Shown here piece by piece: positions 1 through 14,300 of a stretch of 64,000 nucleotides of DNA. The notes below the pieces were generated by a model. It was not told the DNA's origin and did not search any database. It saw nothing but the letters and a program-made list of their open reading frames with translations. This stretch comes from Eledone cirrhosa (Eukaryota), in contig OZ024756.1 in NCBI GenBank assembly GCA_964016885.1, forward strand, positions 10,664,001-10,728,000. The letters run 5' to 3'. A program made the translations under genes and the position numbers. How positions within the stretch are numbered: the first letter of the stretch is position 1; each line of letters starts with the position of its first letter.

Positions 1-992
1 TATTTTCGAATCCTTAAATTAATTAGAAATAGTCAATTAATCGAAACATCAAATATATATCTGGGTGCAGTTATATGGCGATTTATTTTCGAATCCTTAA
101 GTTAATTAGAAATAGACAATTAATCAAATATATATATCCCGGCGCATCCGGATGACCGTTAAATTTCGAATCTTTATGTTAGTTTGAAATAGTGGATTAA
201 TCTAATGGCATAAGATTTCTGACTATAAAATTTGTAAGGATTTATATAATATCATATTTAATATCATATAATATCATATTTAGTAATTTTATAATATCAT
301 ATAATATCATATTTAAAGTGTTTGCAAACATGAGAAAGAAAAGACTTAAGATTTTCATCAACACGAAGGTAATCCAAATTAAATTATATTAAAAATAATC
401 ATTATATAATTTAGAAAATAATTACAAAGTTAAAATTAGAATGCCCTTAAGTATTCAAAAGCCATATAAATGTACTTAAAAAGGATATTATTAAACTAGA
501 TATACGCATTTGTTTAAATTTATATAAAGAGTATACTGTTTAAAGTTTAAGACGATATTAGTCAGTTATATATAATATAATAAATATAATTACTGTTAAT
601 AGTGTTATAAATAAAGTTTTACATCAAGTTAAGTGGAAAAAATTAGTCATCTAGGATCATATAAGACATATATACTATAAATATACAAATCAAACTTCTT
701 GAATCATAAAACAGATTCAAAATAAATAAAAGGTTTACGAGTCCATATAAGTGTCAAATATATAACCTATATAATTTAAAAATACAAAAAGAAACGAAAA
801 TTTAATGTATTTAAACAATCAAATGATATGCATACTCATCAAAAGATCATGTTAACAATTTATATGTTTATCTAGAACCCTTAATCTAACATTAATCATA
901 TCGTAAATAATAAAAATTATTAGAAGGTTTTATAATCTGTTATGGTATCGTTTTACGCTCTCAGCTGATAATAAACGTCAAAATCAAAACTT

Positions 993-3116
993 ATTTATTC
1001 GATATTTTTTCTTGTCTTTTTGTGGGGCTTGGAATGTAGATGTAGCTTTATGTAAGCAATTTGAGAATAATTCACTTTTTTTGTTAATTAAGTTATCATA
1101 ATTAGTAATTATTAATAGGGTCTCCATAGGTCAAAGATTGTAGTTAGGTGATATTGAAGATTTCAAGTAGACTTGACCATTACACAGCTTGGACCAAGAA
1201 ATCGAGTATTTTAAATTTTTGTCTTTTAATGACCATACAAGTTGTGATAAAGAGGTCGAAAATTTCCTATTAGGATTCGAGAATGAATATTTGTGATTCG
1301 AAAATCTTAATTTAAAGGTCGATGAAGTTGCACCAATATAGTTGTATGTGATGTTATTTGCTTTAACGGTGCATTTATAGACTAGATTGCTATCCAGACA
1401 ATTATTTTGCAGGGAGCAATTTGATCTATTTCTACAATTACATTTCGATTTATTGTTATTACTATAATTTGAACAATTCACGTTAACATTGCTAGTACTT
1501 GGAAGTGTTCTATTGATAGTGCTTAAATTAATGTTATTGTTATTCCCAGTATTAATATTGTTAGTGTTAATATAGTCATTATCCCTAATTGTTTGTTGAT
1601 TATGATTTAGAATTCTACTATTTATTTTTGCAATGTTCTGAGCCATATTCATAGTTGTAGAATAATAAAGCTTAATTGTGTCTGTTGAATATGGAACGGT
1701 ACTTATGTTTTCTAGGAAAACATTTATCTAAAGCTTTAAAGAATAAATTTGCCAGTGACGTTTTGATTGCTACAGACGCGGGAGGAGCAAACCATATAAC
1801 TGATTTAGTTCTGATTTTTTTCCCCGATTTATTCACGACATTGGTGTTTGTATTTATATTTAAGTGATTTTTAGAATCTAGTTTATTTATGTTAGTCGTT
1901 TTGTAATTCAAATTAGTATTATCCATATATTCAATATTATTTTTATAACCTGCCTTACGTAGCGCCTCATTATAGTATCCAGCTTTTTCATCAAAAATGG
2001 ATTTATTAGCGGATATTCTAGTTATGCGTTTCTGGACACTATTGACTATTGCATTTTTCACGGATTTAGGGTGATTAGAGTAATAGCTAACGTAATTTAA
2101 GTTTTCATTGGGCTTATGGAAGGGATAATAAAATTCCTGAATTTAAGTTACGGGTGACGTCAAGGAAATTAACTATTTTAGTACTACTTTCAACTTCTAA
2201 TTTAAGGTGTAATTTTTAAAGAATTCAATTATAGTTTTCTTAACCCTATTTAGTTCTGTATTGCTATGCTTGACAACAGTAAATAAAATATCGTCCCTAT
2301 ATAAACCACCGGTAATCTCCGGCAGTTTTCTATTTACCATATTTAGGATAAAAATACCCAGAAGATCGGTAACCTGCGCAGAGTCCGATGATCCCATGGT
2401 AATGTAAACATTTCTATTCCTATCTGAACGGGTCCAATACTCATTATTAAAATTATTTAGAGTTCTTCTAGCAGTTAATATGATATTGATTTCATCTGCA
2501 GTTAGATCTGTATGTTTGTAAGCATAAGACAAAGCCTTATTTAATAGGTTAGGTGTAATAGAAGAATAATAACTTGCTATGTCCATTTGAATGAATTTGT
2601 GATTTTTCTTATTTTCTATATTTTTAAACCAGTCAATTACTTCATTAGTGTCCTTCCATAAGCTCAATTTTGACTTCAATTTCAGAGTTGGTAAAATTCT
2701 GTCAATAATATTCTTACTGATTATTCCAATATCAGATTTAGATTGAGCTATCAGTCTAACCGGCAAGTCTTCCTGAAAGTTTCTCTTGTGATCCTTAAAA
2801 TGTATCCTCGGCTGTCTAGGTATAAAAGGCTCGGTTCTTCATTCAATTCCAAGTTTGGCTATTAATTTAAACGCGTCATTATTGATGTCTATAAGATCTT
2901 CGGCCGGAACTTTTCTATAATTCTTTCGCAGTTCTTTTAAAATTAAATCTTATATTCAGTTTTATCTATCCCATATAAGTTGTTGGTTTTGTCTGACTTC
3001 ACCAATATTTTATTAACTTTTTTTATATCCAAGATTTTTTCCTTCAGAGTTCTAAGGTATTGGTGACCATTATATGGGTTTTTCTTAAATTTAATCTTCT
3101 TTAGTATATTAAGCTT
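993..3116 (-). pseudogene. Penelope-like element 1: frameshifted, 5'-truncated RT + GIY-YIG pol
   Basis: ORF pieces give KDHK, VRLI, MDIASYYSSIT, ITMGSSDSAQVTDLLG and GGLYRDD (RT), then IWFAPP, CNCR..C..C and VYKCTV..YIGATSSTFKLRF (GIY-YIG). Split by stops and frameshifts. Confidence 0.93.
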
Positions 3117-4112
3117 ATTATATTTATTATATTATATATAACTGACTAATATCGTCTTAAACTTTAAACAGTATACTCTTTATATAAATTTAAACAAATG
3201 CGTATATATAGTTTAATAATATCCTTTTTAAGTACATTTATATGGCTTTTGGATACTTAAGAGCATTCTAATTTTAACTTTGTAATTATTTTCTAAATTA
3301 TATAATGATTATTTTTTAATATAATTTAATTTGGATTACCTTCGGGTTGATGAAAATCTTAAGTCTTTTCTTTCTCATGTTTGCAAACACTTTAAATATG
3401 ATATTATACTATAATATAAATCCTTATAAATTTTATAGTCAGAAATCTTATGCCATTAGATTAATCCACTATTTCAAACTAACATAAAGATTCGAAATTT
3501 AACGGTCATCCGGATGCGCCGGGATATATATATTTGATTAATTGTCTATTTCTAATTAACTTAAGGATTCGAAAATAAATCGCCATATAACTACACCCAG
3601 ATATATATTTGATGTTTCGATTAATTGACTATTTCTAATTAATTTAAGGATTCGAAAATAATCATTCACCATCTAATTATACGCTGTTTATCCATGACAA
3701 TACAAGTCTCCCTCCCTGTGTTTTATACTATAAAACTTATTTTTTCTCCTCTTCTCTCTATCCTTAATCAATTTTCTTTTGATTTCATGCATATGATAAT
3801 TCTATCTTGTCATTCTCTCTTTCCTCATCTGTTTCTCTCTCCGTCTTTCACTTCCTTTATCTACAATAATGTGTTATCCATATATTTATTTAAATTATTT
3901 AAATTTTTAACAGTTATGTAGGTTTATATTATATTAGTAGTTATTTATTATTATGTATCTTTATAAGCTTTCTCACAGGCACCCTCTGTATTATATGTAA
4001 TTTTTTCATGTCTCAATCTTAAGGTATATAAATATTGAGTTTTGTCATAACTAATTCACTGCCATGACTGAATTTTAACCATCAACATAGTCAATGTATG
4101 CCAAGCATCAAC

Positions 4113-4180
4113 TTATTTTATCTGATGAGGACGTACTGTTGAAATAGCTCAGTACCTCTGAAATATGTATAATAAAATAA
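4113..4180 (+). ncRNA. Minimal type I hammerhead ribozyme (PLE 1 terminal repeat)
   Basis: TTATTTTAT-CTGATGA-[GGA.GTACTG...CAGTAC.TCT]-GAAA-TATGTA-TA-ATAAAATAA: 9-bp stem I and canonical core boxes. Confidence 0.82.
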
Positions 4181-4348
4181 ACTTGATCATATGAATGTCT
4201 ATATTTGTTAATATTTTGAATTAATATTAATAACTCCGGAAATCCTAACTGTGGAGTGCTTATAATCTATTGTGAAACTTTATTCATTGATGAATTCATT
4301 GAACCTTGTTAAACTTTTAATTATATTTATATATATATATATATATAT

Positions 4349-4538
4349 AATTATTTCTACTTTTGGCACAAGGCCAGCAATTATTCCAGTGTATTACTGG
4401 TACTTTATTTTATCGACCCCGTAAGGATGAAAGGCAAAGTTAACCCCAGCGGGATTTGAACTCAGATCATAAAGAGCCGTAACTCTTTGCGTCAAAGCAT
4501 GGCGTCAGACCCTCTACCAATACTGCCAATCCACCCCT
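4349..4538 (-). mobile_element. tRNA-derived SINE, family A
   Basis: Minus strand has A-box-like TGGCAGTATTGG, B-box GAGTTCAAATC and body GCCTTTCATCCTTACGGGGTCGATAAAATAAAGTACCAG; more than 10 copies in the window. Confidence 0.88.
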
Positions 4539-5070
4539 TATATATTTATAATATATAGAAATAAACACAGAAAAATGTGTTTAGAATTACAAGGGCTGAG
4601 AAACCACTTTGGTGCGAAGTATATAATCTATGGACAAACGGAAAATATATAATAACCGGAAAAATTGAATTAAAATGTCCAAACCGTTTCAATAACTATT
4701 GAACTCCTGGACAAACTACAGATGTAGTTTCACCGTAAAATTTGTGTTTGTCACAGATAATCCTGTGGCTTCTCAAAATGAGTTAGGATTATATGCAACA
4801 ATACACCTAGAGATAATTTAGCTAACTAAATATCACATGAGGTTTATATATTGAGGGAAGGAAAAACCTTGTGCGACAAGCAGTGCCAAGTGGCATGAGT
4901 GGATTGTAAAATAGCTAGGAATGGCAGCCTAAATCCACTAAACTTCTAAGCTCAACAAACTATATATATAGAGAGGGGGGGGGGTAGTGGAATTGGAACA
5001 GCACCGAAAATATATTTAAAGTATGTTTTTATATTTTTTTCTTTGATCCGTCAAAGTGACATTATTGAAA

Positions 5071-5253
5071 ATTGGCAGTATCAGTAGAGTGTCGGACACC
5101 ATGCTTTGACGCAAAGAGTTACGTCCCTTTACGATCTGAGTTCAAATTACGCCGAGGTTAATTTTGCCTTTCATCCTTACGGGGTCGATAAAATAAAGTA
5201 CCAGTAACATACTGTGTAATTGCTGGCCTTGTGCCAAAAGTATAAACAATTAT
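5071..5253 (+). mobile_element. SINE family A
   Basis: Same sequence in the opposite orientation to 4349-4538. Confidence 0.88.
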
Positions 5254-5344
5254 TGAAAAAATGAGAGAAACAATTTCAAAAAATAAGAGTTTTATAATGT
5301 ATTTAAAATATAACCGGTTTCGATGTATCAGTGTAATCTATCTT

Positions 5345-8300
5345 ATGTCTTTAACACAGCCTTACATTGTTATGTTACAGTAGGAGGGAGGTTGTCATGT
5401 CTTTAACACAGCCTTACATTGTTATGTTACAGTAGGGGGGAGGTTGTCATGTCTTTAACACAGCCTTACATTGTTATGTTACAGTAGGAGGGAGGTTGTC
5501 ATGTCTTTAACACAGCCATACATTGTTATGTTACAGTAGGAGGGAGGTTGTCATGTCTTTAACACAGCCTTACATTGTTATGTTACAGTAGGAAGGAGGT
5601 TGTCATGTCTTTAACACAGCCTTATATTGTTATGTTACAGTAGGAGGGAGGTTGTCATGTCTTTAACACAGCCTTACATTGTTATGTTACAGTAGGAGGG
5701 AGGTTGTCATGTCTTTAACACAGCCTTACATTGTTATGTTACAGTTGGAGGGAGGTTATCATGTCTTTAACACAGCCTTACATTGTTATGTTACAGTTGG
5801 AGGGAGGTTGTCATGTCTTTAACACAGCCTTACATTGTTATGTTACAGTAGGGGGAGGTTGTCATGTCTTTAACACAGCCTTACATTGTTATGTTACAGT
5901 TGGAGGGAGGTTATCATGTCTTTAACACAGCCTTACATTGTTATGTTACAGTTGGAGGGAGGTTGTCATGTCTTTAACACAGCCTTACATTGTTATGTTA
6001 CAGTAGGGGGAGGTTGTCATGTCTTTAACACAGCCTTACATTGTTATTTTACAGTATGAAGGAGGTTGTCATGTCTTTAACACAGCCTTACAATGTTATG
6101 TTACAGTAGGAGGGAGGTTGTCATGTCTTTAACACAGCCTTACATTGTTATGTTACAGTAGGAAGGAGGTTGTCATGTCTTTAACACAGCCTTACATTGT
6201 TATGTTACAGTTGGAGGGAGGTTATCATGTCTTTAACACAGCCTTACATTGTTATGTTACAGTAGGGGGGAGGTTGTCATGTCTTTAACACAGCCTTACA
6301 ATGTTATGTTACAGTAGGAGGGAGGTTGTCATGTCTTTAACACAGCCTTACATTGTTATGTTACAGTTGGAGGGAGGTTATCATGTCTTTAACACAGCCT
6401 TACATTGTTATGTTACAGTAGGGGGGAGGTTGTCATGTCTTTAACACAGCCTTACAATGTTATGTTACAGTAGGAGGGAGGTTGTCATGTCTTTAACACA
6501 GCCTTACATTGTTATGTTACAGTAGGGGGGGAGGTTGTCTTATCTTTAACACAGCCTTACAATGTTATGTTACAGTAGGAAGGAGGTTGTCATGTCTTTA
6601 ACACAGCCTTACATTGTTATGTTACACTAGGGGGAGGTTGTCATGTCTTTAACACAGCCTTACAGTGTTATGTTACAGTAGGAAGGAGGTTGTCATGTCT
6701 TTAACACAGCCTTACATTGTTATGTTACAGTAGGAAGGAGGTTGTCATGTCTTTAACACAGCCTTACATTGTTATGTTACAGTAGGAAGGAGGTTGTCAT
6801 GTCTTTAACAAAGCCTTCCAATGTTATGTTACAGTAGGAGGGAGGTTGTCATGTCTTTAACACAGCCTTACATTGTTATGTTACAGTTGGAGGGAGGTTA
6901 TCATGTCTTTAACACAGCCTTACATTGTTATGTTACAGTTGGAGGGAGGTTGTCATGTCTTTAACACAGCTTTACAATGTTATGTTCAGTTGGAGGGAGG
7001 TTGTCATGTCTTTAACACAGCCTTACATTGTTATGTTACAGTAGGGGGGAGGTTGTCATGTCTTTAACACAGCCTTACAATGTTATGTTACAGTTGGAGG
7101 GAGGTTGTCATGTCTTTAACACAGCCTTACATTGTTATGTTACAGTAGGAGGGAGGTTGTCATGTCTTTAACACAGCCTTACATTGTTATGTTACAGTAG
7201 GAGGGAGGTTGTCATGTCTTTAACACAGCCTTACATTGTTATGTTACAGTTGGAGGGAGGTTGTCATGTCTTTAACACAGCCTTACATTGTTATGTTACA
7301 GTAGGAGGGAGGTTGTCATGTCTTTAACACAGCCTTACATTGTTATGTTACAGTAGGAGGGAGGTTGTCATGTCTTTAACACAGCCTTACATTGTTATGT
7401 TACAGTAGGGGGGGAGGTTGTCTTATCTTTAACACAGCCTTACAATGTTATGTTACAGTAGGAAGGAGGTTGTCATGTCTTTAACACAGCCTTACATTGT
7501 TATGTTACACTAGGGGGAGGTTGTCATGTCTTTAACACAGCCTTACAGTGTTATGTTACAGTAGGAAGGAGGTTGTCATGTCTTTAACACAGCCTTACAT
7601 TGTTATGTTACAGTAGGAAGGAGGTTGTCATGTCTTTAACACAGCCTTACATTGTTATGTTACAGTAGGAAGGAGGTTGTCATGTCTTTAACAAAGCCTT
7701 CCAATGTTATGTTACAGTAGGAGGGAGGTTGTGATGTCTTTAACACAGCCTTACATTGTTATGTTACAGTTGGAGGGAGGTTATCATGTCTTTAACACAG
7801 CCTTACATTGTTATGTTACAGTTGGAGGGAGGTTGTCATGTCTTTAACACAGCTTTACAATGTTATGTTCAGTTGGAGGGAGGTTGTCATGTCTTTAACA
7901 CAGCCTTACATTGTTATGTTACAGTAGGGGGGAGGTTGTCATGTCTTTAACACAGCCTTACAATGTTATGTTACAGTTGGAGGGAGGTTGTCATGTCTTT
8001 AACACAGCCTTACATTGTTATGTTACAGTAGGAGGGAGGTTGTCATGTCTTTAACACAGCCTTACATTGTTATGTTACAGTAGGAGGGAGGTTGTCATGT
8101 CTTTAACACAGCCTTACATTGTTATGTTACAGTTGGAGGGAGGTTGTCATGTCTTTAACACAGCCTTACATTGTTATGTTACAGTAGGAGGGAGGTTGTC
8201 ATGTCTTTAACACAGCCTTACATTGTTATGTTACAGTAGGAGGGAGGTTGTCATGTCTTTAACACAGCCTTACATTGTTATGTTACAGTAGGAAGGAGGT

Positions 8301-11300
8301 TGTCATGTCTTTAACACAGCCTTATATTGTTATGTTACAGTAGGAGGGAGGTTGTCATGTCTTTAACACAGCCTTACATTGTTATGTTACAGTAGGAGGG
8401 AGGTTGTCATGTCTTTAACACAGCCTTACATTGTTATGTTACAGTTGGAGGGAGGTTATCATGTCTTTAACACAGCCTTACATTGTTATGTTACAGTTGG
8501 AGGGAGGTTGTCATGTCTTTAACACAGCCTTACTTGTTATGTTACAGTAGGGGGAGGTTGTCATGTCTTTAACACAGCCTTACATTGTTATGTTACAGTT
8601 GGAGGGAGGTTGTCATGTCTTTAACACAGCCTTACAATGTTACATTGTTATGTTACAGTTGCAGGGAGGTTATCATGTCTTTAACACAGCCTTACAATGT
8701 TATGTTACAGTAAGGGGAGGTTGTCATGTCTTTAACACAGCCTTACATTGTTATGTTACAGTAGGGAGGAGGTTGTCATGTCTTTAACACAGCCTTACAA
8801 TGTTATGTTACAGTTGGAGGGAGGTTGTCATGTCTTTAACACAGCCTTACAATGTTACATTGTTATGTTACAGTTGGAGGGAGGTTATCATGTCTTTAAC
8901 ACAGCCTTACAATGTTACATTGTTATGTTACAGTTGGAGGGAGGTTATCATGTCTTTAACACAGCCTTACAATGTTATGTTACAGTTGGAGGGAGGTTGT
9001 CATGTCTTTAACACAGCCTTACAATGTTACATTGTTATGTTACAGTTGGAGGGAGGTTATCATGTCTTTAACACAGCCTTACATTGTTATGTTACAGTTG
9101 GAGGGAGGTTGTCATGTCTTTAACACAGCCTTACATTGTTATGTTACAGTAGGGGGAGGTTGTCATGTCTTTAACACAGCCTTACATTGTTATTTTACAG
9201 TAGGAAGGAGGTTGTCATGTCTTTAACACAGCCTTACAATGTTATGTTACAGTAGGAGGGAGGTTGTCATGTCTTTAACACAGCCTTACATTGTTATGTT
9301 ACAGTAGGAAGGAGGTTGTCATGTCTTTAACACAGCCTTACATTGTTATGTTACAGTTGGAGGGAGGTTATCATGTCTTTAACACAGCCTTACATTGTTA
9401 TGTTACAGTAGGGGGGAGGTTGTCATGTCTTTAACACAGCCTTACAATGTTATGTTACAGTAGGAGGGAGGTTGTCATGTCTTTAACACAGCCTTACATT
9501 GTTATGTTACAGTTGGAGGGAGGTTATCATGTCTTTAACACAGCCTTACATTGTTATGTTACAGTAGGGGGGAGGTTGTCATGTCTTTAACACAGCCTTA
9601 CAATGTTATGTTACAGTAGGAGGGAGGTTGTCATGTCTTTAACACAGCCTTACATTGTTATGTTACAGTAGGGGGGAGGTTGTCTTATCTTTAACACAGC
9701 CTTACAATGTTATGTTACAGTAGGAAGGAGGTTGTCATGTCTTTAACACAGCCTTACATTGTTATGTTACAGTAGGAGGGAGGTTGTCATGTCTTTAACA
9801 CAGCCTTACATTGTTATGTTACACTAGGGGGAGGTTGTCATGTCTTTAACACAGCCTTACAATGTTATGTTACAGTAGGAAGGAGGTTGTCATGTCTTTA
9901 ACACAGCCTTACATTGTTATGTTACAGTAGGAAGGAGGTTGTCATGTCTTTAACAGAGCCTTACATTGTTATGTTACAGTAGGAAGGAGGTTGTCATGTC
10001 TTTAACAAAGCCTTCCAATGTTATGTTACAGTAGGAGGGAGGTTGTCATGTCTTTAACACAGCCTTACATTGTTATGTTACAGTTGGAGGGAGGTTATCA
10101 TGTCTTTAACACAGCCTTACATTGTTATGTTACAGTTGGAGGGAGGTTGTCATGTCTTTAACACAGCCTTACAATGTTATGTTCAGTTGGAGGGAGGTTG
10201 TCATGTCTTTAACACAGCCTTACATTGTTATGTTACAGTAGGGGGGAGGTTGTCATGTCTTTAACACAGCCTTACAATGTTATGTTACAGTTGGAGGGAG
10301 GTTGTCATGTGTTTAACACAGCCTTACATTGTTATGTTACAATAGGAGGGAGGTTGTTATGTCTTTAACACAGCCTTACATTGTTATGTTACAGTAGGGG
10401 GGAGGTTGTCATGTCTTTAACACAGCCTTACATTGTTATGTTACAGTAGGGGGAGGTTGTCATGTCTTTAACACAGCCTTACATTGTTATGTTACAGTAG
10501 GGGGAGGTTGTCATGTCTTTAACACAGCCTTACATTGTTATGTTACAGTTGGAGGGAGGTTGTCATGTCTTTAACACAGCCTTACATTGTTATGTTACAG
10601 TAGGGGGGAGGTTGTCATGTCTTTAACACAGCCTTACATTGTTATGTTACAGTTGGAGGGAGGTTGTCATGTCTTTAACACAGCCTTATATTGTTATGTT
10701 ACAATTGGAGGGAGGTTGGCATGTCTTTAACACAGCCTTATATTGTTATGTTACAGTAGGAGGGAGGCTGTTATGTCTTTAACACAGCCTTACATTGTTA
10801 TGTTACAGTTGGAGGGAGGTTGTAATGTCTTTAACACAGCCTTACAATGTTATGTTACAGTTGGAGGGAGGTTGTCATGTCTTTAACACAGCCTTACAAT
10901 GTTATGTTACAGTAGGGAGGAGGTTGTCATGTCTTTAACACAGCCTTACATTGTTATGTTACAGTTGGAGGGAGGTTGTTATGTCTTTAACACAGCCTTA
11001 CAATGTTATGTTACAGTAGGAGGGAGGTTGTCATGTCTTTAACACAGCCTTACATTGTTATGTTACAGTAGGAGGGAGGTTGTCATGTCTTTAACACAGC
11101 CTTACAATGTTACATTGTTATGTTACAGTTGGAGGGAGGTTATCATGTCTTTAACACAGCCTTACACTGTTATGATGCAATAGGAGGGAGGTTGTTATGT
11201 CTTTAACACAGCCTTACAATGTTATGTTACAGTTGGAGGGAGGTTGTCATGTCTTTAACACAGCCTTACATTGTTATGTTACAGTAGGGGGGAGGTTGTC

Positions 11301-14300
11301 ATGTCTTTAACACAGCCTTACAATGTTATGTTACAGTTGGAGGGAGGTTGTCATGTCTTTAACACAGCCTTACAATGTTACATTGTTATGTTACAGTTGG
11401 AGGGAGGTTATCATGTCTTTAACACAGCCTTACATTGTTATGTTACAGTAGGGGGGAGGTTGTCATGTCTTTAACACAGCCTTACAATGTTATGTTACAG
11501 TAGGGGGGAGGTTGTCATGTCTTTAACACAGCCTTACAATGTTATGTTACAGTTGGAGGGAGGTTATCATGTCTTTAACACAGCCTTACAATGTTATGTT
11601 ACAGTAGGGGGAGGTTGTCATGTCTTTAACCCAGCCTTACAATGTTATGTTACAGTTGGAGGGAGGTTGTCATGTCTTTAACCCAGCCTTACATTGTTAT
11701 GTTACAGTAGGAGGGAGGTTGTCATGTCTTTGACACAGCCTTACAATGTTATGTTACAGTAGGAGGGAGGTTGTCATGTCTTTGACACAGCCTTACAATG
11801 TTATGTTACAGTAGGAGGGAGGTTATTATGTCTTTAACACAGCCTTACAATGTTATGTTACAGTAGGGGGAGGTTGTCATGTCTTTAACCCAGCCTTACA
11901 TTGTTATGTTACAGTAGGGGGGAGGTTGTCATGTCTTTAACACAGCCTTACAATGTTATGATGCAATAGGAGGGAGGTTGTTATGTCTTTAACACAGCCT
12001 TACATTGTTATGTTACAGTAGGCGGGAGGTTGTCATGTCTTTGACACAGCCTTACAATGTTTTGTTACAGTAGGAGGGAGGTTGTCATGTCTTTGACACA
12101 GCCTTACAATGTTTTGTTACAGTAGGGGGAGGTTGTCATGTCTTTAACACAGCCTTACAATGTTATGTTACAGTAGGAGGGAGGTTGTCATGTCTTTAAC
12201 ACAGCCTTACAATGTTATGATGCAATAGGAGGGAGGTTGTTATGTCTTTAACACAGCCTTACATTGTTATGTTACAGTAGGCGGGAGGTTGTCATGTCTT
12301 TGACACAGCCTTACAATGTTTTGTTACAGTAGGAGGGAGGTTGTCATGTCTTTGACACAGCCTTACAATGTTATGTTACAGTAGGCGGGAGGTTGTCATG
12401 TCTTTGACACAGCCTTACAATGTTATGTTACAGTAGGAGGGAGGTTGTCATGTCTTTAACACAGCCTTACAATGTTATGTTACAGTTGGGGGGAGGTTGT
12501 CATGTCTTTGACACAGCCTTACAATGTTATGTTACAGTAGGAGGGAGGTTGTCATGTCTTTGACACAGCCTTACAATGTTATGTTACAGTAGGCGGGAGG
12601 TTGTCATGTCTTTGACACAGCCTTACAATGTTATGTTACAGAAGGAGGGAGGTTGTAATGTCTTTAACACAGCCTTACAATGTTATGTTGCAGTAAGGGG
12701 AGGTTGCCATGTCTTTAACACAGCCTTACATTGTTATGTTCCAGTTGGAGGGAGGTTATCATGTCTTTAACACAGCCTTACAATGTTATGTTACAGTAAG
12801 GGGAGGTTGTCATGTCTTTAACACAGCCTTACATTGTATGTTACAGTTGGAGGGAGGTTGTCATGTCTTTAACACAGCCTTACAATGTTATGTTACAGTA
12901 GGAGGGAGGTTGTCATGTCTTTAACACAGCCTTACAATGTTATGTTACAGTAAGGGGAGGTTGTCATGTCTTTAACACAGCCTTACATTGTTATGTTACA
13001 GTAGGGGGGAGGTTGTCATGTCTTTAACACAGCCTTACAATGTTATGTTACAGTAGGAGGGAGGTTGTCATGTCTTTAACACAGCCTTACAATGTTATGT
13101 TACAGTTGGAGGGAGGTTGTCATGTCTTTAACACAGCCTTACATTGTTATGTTACAGTAGGGGGGAGGTTGTCATGTCTTTAACACAGCCTTACAATGTT
13201 ATGTTACAGTAGGGGGAGGTTGTCATGTCTTTAACACAGCCTTACATTGTTATGTTACAGTAGGGGGGAGGTTGTCATGTCTTTAACACAGCCTTACATT
13301 GTTATGTTACAGTAGGGGGGAGGTTGTCATGTCTTTAACACAGCCTTACAATGTTATGTTACAGTTGGAGGGAGGTTGTCATGTCTTTAACACAGCCTAA
13401 CATTGTTATGTTACAGTTGGAGGGAGGTTGTCATGTCTTTAACACAGCCTTACAATGTTATGTTACAGTTGGAGGGAGGTTGTCATGTCTTTAACGCAGC
13501 CTTACATTGTTATGTTACAGTAAGGGGAGGTTGTCATGTCTTTAACACAGCCTTACATTGTTATGTTACAGTAGGGGGGAGGTTGTCATGTCTTTAACAC
13601 AGCCTAACATTGTTATGTTACAGTTGGAGGGAGGTTGTCATGTCTTTAACACAGCCTTACAATGTTACATTGTTATGTTACAGTTGCAGGGAGGTTATCA
13701 TGTCTTTAACACAGCCTTACAATGTTATGTTACAGTAAGGGGAGGTTGTCATGTCTTTAACACAGCCTTACATTGTTATGTTACAGTAGGGAGGAGGTTG
13801 TCATGTCTTTAACACAGCCTTACAATGTTATGTTACAGTTGGAGGGAGGTTGTCATGTCTTTAACACAGCCTTACAATGTTACATTGTTATGTTACAGTT
13901 GGAGGGAGGTTATCATGTCTTTAACACAGCCTTACAATGTTACATTGTTATGTTACAGTTGGAGGGAGGTTATCATGTCTTTAACACAGCCTTACAATGT
14001 TATGTTACAGTTGGAGGGAGGTTGTCATGTCTTTAACACAGCCTTACAATGTTACATTGTTATGTTACAGTTGGAGGGAGGTTATCATGTCTTTAACACA
14101 GCCTTACACTGTTATGATGCAATAGGAGGGAGGTTGTTATGTCTTTAACACAGCCTTACAATGTTATGTTACAGTTGGAGGGAGGTTGTCATGTCTTTAA
14201 CACAGCCTTACATTGTTATGTTACAGTAGGGGGGAGGTTGTCATGTCTTTAACACAGCCTTACAATGTTATGTTACAGTTGGAGGGAGGTTGTCATGTCT

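Larger units (their letters stand above)
1..4330 (-). mobile_element. PLE 1 whole insertion with inverted copy of its 3' region; continues off the left window edge
   Basis: 1..590 is the reverse complement of 3117..3660 apart from one indel of short repeats. The right arm continues through a hammerhead motif to (TA)n at about 4330. Confidence 0.88.
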
